A stretch of 10,230 nucleotides of DNA, from positions 5,253 through 15,482 of the forward strand of contig JAKMXF010000132.1 in NCBI GenBank assembly GCA_024704765.1. The letters run 5' to 3'. Shown piece by piece: positions 7,565-10,230 of the stretch; the stretch's first letter is position 1, and each line of letters opens with the position of its first letter. The notes beneath the pieces are model-generated. The model was given only the letters and a program-made list of their open reading frames with translations, was not told the DNA's origin and ran no database searches. This DNA is from Oopsacas minuta (taxonomy: Eukaryota; Animalia; Porifera). The position numbers were made by a program, and so were the translations under genes.

Positions 7565-7846
7565 ATCTATTTCAATGGTGGATCTAGCTCAGTTACTTAT
7601 AGGCCATATCAATCCCTATAAATTCCTAATATGCATATCAGTTACTAGGCTATTATTATATATTGTTAATGAGATTAATATTATCTTGTGACGGATAGAA
7701 TCGGTTTAGTTTTGGAAAAAGCCCGTCTCGCTAAGCAGAGAGGATAGGTTATACCTCAGGTCAGTGATGTGTTTGAGTTTAGAAATGAAATCAGTGATGT
7801 CACCGGATATCCATGAAAAAATGAAAAAATATTCTCAAAAAGTAAT

Positions 7847-8431
7847 TTACAAATATTTACACTTAATCTCTTTGTGTCTTCTGTGTCCTCTCTTCAATAG
7901 ATTGACGTCATTATCTTCTTTTAAATTCTTCATTATTATAGCTGCCATCAACACAAATGCTTGTTCGATATTAACACCTTCCTTAGCACTAGTTTCTATG
8001 TATGGAATGTTCAATTCATCTGCGAATTCCTTAGCTATCTCATACCCCACTTTTCTAGAATATTCCATATCACATTTGTTGCCAATAAGAATAATTTGAG
8101 TTTGTCCTAGTTTCATTTTTGACACCTCATTATGCCAAATAGCCTTCAAACCTTCAAATGAATCAAAATCTGTAATATCAAATACTAAGAACATTCCGTG
8201 AGCACTCCTTAATAACATTCTAGTTGAGGCTGAATTTCCCAAACACCCTGAGCTGAAGATTTCTAAATTTAACGTCCTGCCATCTAGTACAATAGTCTTT
8301 CTTAAAAGGAAGAATCCCATAAAATGTTGACTCTCCTCTCCAAACACATACATATGAGAAATACTAGCTTTACCAACATTCTTACAACCTATCAGAGGGA
8401 TTTGTATAATATTACCGAATTCTTGACTCAT
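7847..8431 (-). CDS. Atypical Rab1/Rab8-like small GTPase (candidate pseudo-GTPase), 194 aa, intronless
   Basis: First ATG is at 8431 (the ORF-track 8440 is TTG). Rab-like segments KTIVLDGRTLNLEI, RSAHGMFLVFDITD, ILIGNKCD, ETSAK, NIEQAF. G1 is GCKNVGKA, G2/G3 are degenerate, and the C-terminus is CKYL. Confidence 0.88.
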   Translation of the reverse strand: MSQEFGNIIQIPLIGCKNVGKASISHMYVFGEESQHFMGFFLLRKTIVLDGRTLNLEIFSSGCLGNSASTRMLLRSAHGMFLVFDITDFDSFEGLKAIWHNEVSKMKLGQTQIILIGNKCDMEYSRKVGYEIAKEFADELNIPYIETSAKEGVNIEQAFVLMAAIIMKNLKEDNDVNLLKRGHRRHKEIKCKYL

Positions 8432-8539
8432 CTCTTTCAAAATAAAATAATGAATAATATCATGGTGACATTAGTATGTAATTACAGGTATAATGGTATA
8501 TTCACTGAATTTATTATATCACCTGCAATTATGTTAAAT

Positions 8540-8623
8540 CAAGGTTGTAACCGAATTATACCAGTATTCGGTTAAGCAACTATTTATGAATACTGATATC
8601 CGGTTCGATTGGTTTCAACCTTG
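8540..8623. mobile_element. 84-bp hAT-like MITE relic upstream of the Rab gene
   Basis: TIRs CAAGGTTGTAACC (8540-8552) and GGTTTCAACCTTG (8611-8623), 12/13 match. Internal inverted AACCG repeats. Flanks GTTAAAT / GTTAAAAT resemble an 8-bp TSD with one A lost. Confidence 0.55.
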
Positions 8624-8955
8624 GTTAAAATGCACAAATAATCTGTCAATAATAACTTCAATAAAGAGAATTAATTAAGAATATTTCGTAAACTAATGAA
8701 ACTATTTTATTAATGAGAAATTGAGTGAGTATATGTAAAACACATCTAGCACCCTCAGGGCACTTTTACGCGGGTCTAGTCATACATGCTCATACAAGTT
8801 GACTGACAAAGCATTCTGAAATGGCCAACGGGGGTCTAGAGTAGTATTGGGCGTTAATTAATAGCCCCCAAATCCCAGTAACACCACCTACTGCGAATAC
8901 CATGTGCCAAGATGAGTAGTTGGGAATACAACATGCTCATTAAGTTTATATTTTG

Positions 8956-8961
8956 TTTATT
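8956..8961 (-). terminator. Candidate poly(A) signal of the NHL gene (AATAAA)
   Basis: AATAAA on the minus strand about 160 nt after the stop at 9120. Confidence 0.4.
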
Positions 8962-8987
8962 CAAAACAACAAAATACAAATTCTAAG

Positions 8988-9099
8988 AACACGCTATACG
9001 TACACATAAGGGTATAAAGCTCACGATTCTAACATGTTATACGTACACATAAGGGTATAAAGCTCACGATTCTAACACGCTATACGTACACACAAGGGT
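8988..9099. repeat. 43-bp tandem repeat, 2.6 copies
   Basis: Unit AACACGCTATACGTACACATAAGGGTATAAAGCTCACGATTCT at 8988-9030, 9031-9073 (2 C>T) and partial 9074-9099 (1 mismatch). No spacers. Confidence 0.95.
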
Positions 9100-9119
9100 C
9101 AAGTTCAAAACACCCAAAT

Positions 9120-10230
9120 CTATAAAATCTTCACACAATTCAATTCCCGACAGGACACAACAAACTTGTCACCACACAATGCGACACAAAAGTACCCATT
9201 AACCTCACCACTTGCTATGGTAACAGCGTTTACGACACCATCAGAGGAGAACACCTTAACACTATCATCACTATGGTCTGCTACAACCAAATTACCCAGC
9301 TGATTGAAGCAAAATGATGTCGGGTTAGTAATCTGCCGCTTAACACCTTTCCTGAGGTAAGATTTTATGCCAAAACCAGTCGCATCGAATACATGCATAC
9401 AATTCTTTTCATTATCGTCAAGCACATATACGAATTCCCCGCTAAACGCTATATGTTTTGGAGCGCGAAGTGTCTCACTTCCTAATTCCCTCAAATATGT
9501 GAGATCCTGGCTAAACGCACAAACTCTATTGTTATTCCAATCTGCTACAAAGATTACATTGTTTCTATTTATAGCTACATGCGAGGGGCCATCCAGCCTC
9601 ATAGAAGATCCTTCAGTTTTATCCACGCTTCTTATAAGTTGAAAATTTGCTCGATTGTATTGCAGAATCAAATTAGAAGAAAAGGAGGTAACATAGCAAT
9701 AGTCCTCGTTGGTTGCTATGGCATTAGGGTATATTTGTCCAGTAGAAAAGCTACACACAAATGCCCAATCTTTTGTATTAAAAATTTGTATGCGATTATT
9801 GTAATAGTCAGCTACGTATAAGAAATTTACTCCTTGATCAACGTGTAGTTTCTGAGGACAGTTGAAATTGCCCTCACTATTTCCTTTCTTCCCAATAACT
9901 GATTTGCTCTGTGACTCTCTTTGACGATTAGCTGGTGCCCGATCGGTTTCTGAAGGTCTCCTCGGTTTAGGATATTCGCCATGTTTCACTATCTGTCCTA
10001 TATTTTTTATGTTCGCTAATATCTTAACGATGTTGCATTGGAACTTGAGATCAGGTTTGGAAGATTTGGCAGCTAAATTTTCGATTTTGATATTGATGTC
10101 CTTGACTGAGTCCTCAAGTACCTTAAGAGCGAAATTCTGTTTCAAAGCAAGTTGTTCTAATCCACTTTTCATTTCTGCTAGCTCTTTCAAGTTATCAATG
10201 TTTGTTTTGTTGTTAATTTCGAAGGCTAAT
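9120..10230 (-). CDS. Coiled-coil + six-bladed NHL beta-propeller protein, 3' part; start lies beyond the window end (seen at 719 in the other copy)
   Basis: Six NHL-like blades, e.g. GNFNCPQKLHVDQGVNFLYVADYYNNRIQIF, LDGPSHVAINRNNVIFVADWNNNRVCAF, ITNPTSFCFNQLGNLVVADHSDDSVKVF. TAG at 9120-9122. The ORF-track start at 10190 is an internal TTG. Confidence 0.93.
   Translation of the reverse strand, partial: LAFEINNKTNIDNLKELAEMKSGLEQLALKQNFALKVLEDSVKDINIKIENLAAKSSKPDLKFQCNIVKILANIKNIGQIVKHGEYPKPRRPSETDRAPANRQRESQSKSVIGKKGNSEGNFNCPQKLHVDQGVNFLYVADYYNNRIQIFNTKDWAFVCSFSTGQIYPNAIATNEDYCYVTSFSSNLILQYNRANFQLIRSVDKTEGSSMRLDGPSHVAINRNNVIFVADWNNNRVCAFSQDLTYLRELGSETLRAPKHIAFSGEFVYVLDDNEKNCMHVFDATGFGIKSYLRKGVKRQITNPTSFCFNQLGNLVVADHSDDSVKVFSSDGVVNAVTIASGEVNGYFCVALCGDKFVVSCRELNCVKIL
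9652..10230. repeat. Exact direct repeat, copy 2 (= 1..579)
   Basis: Identical to the window start. Confidence 0.97.

Noticed and set aside
8240-8390. Hidden intron or frameshift explaining the degenerate Rab switch regions
   Set aside because: G1-to-G4 spacing is within a few residues of Rab1, and conserved residues stay in one frame throughout, leaving no room for an intron.
7764-8575. ORFs 7764..8099 and 8324..8575 (+)
   Set aside because: Antisense to the Rab-like gene or running into AT-rich spacer and MITE sequence.
8988-9099. 43-bp repeats as a CRISPR array
   Set aside because: The units are contiguous with no unique spacers, there are no cas genes, and the context is eukaryotic.

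Overview
AT-rich, gene-dense eukaryotic (animal) genomic DNA with short GT-AG introns. The compact layout and the RING-less coiled-coil+NHL gene suggest a sponge-like invertebrate, possibly a glass sponge; this is inference only. Bases 1-579 are identical to 9652-10230 (period 9651), and a single N at 1969 joins two genes that are both 5'-truncated. The window is therefore most simply a 9650-bp linear contig joined head-to-tail to itself. Unrolled order: U-box E3 C-terminal fragment (+), 69-aa coiled-coil orphan ORF (+), then four co-oriented minus-strand genes. These are an 8-exon ADAM metalloprotease (810 aa, reconstructed by hand with consistent phases), an intronless Rab1/Rab8-like protein with destroyed G1-G3 motifs (candidate pseudo-GTPase), a 416-aa coiled-coil+NHL propeller protein, and the sulfotransferase domain of NDST. 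Introns and spacers hold several tiny DNA-transposon relics or fold-backs, a 43-bp tandem repeat and a microsatellite. No prokaryotic, viral or CRISPR features and no clearly new multi-gene system were found. Best leads: the Rab pseudo-GTPase and a hidden ADAM cassette exon that could yield a soluble isoform.
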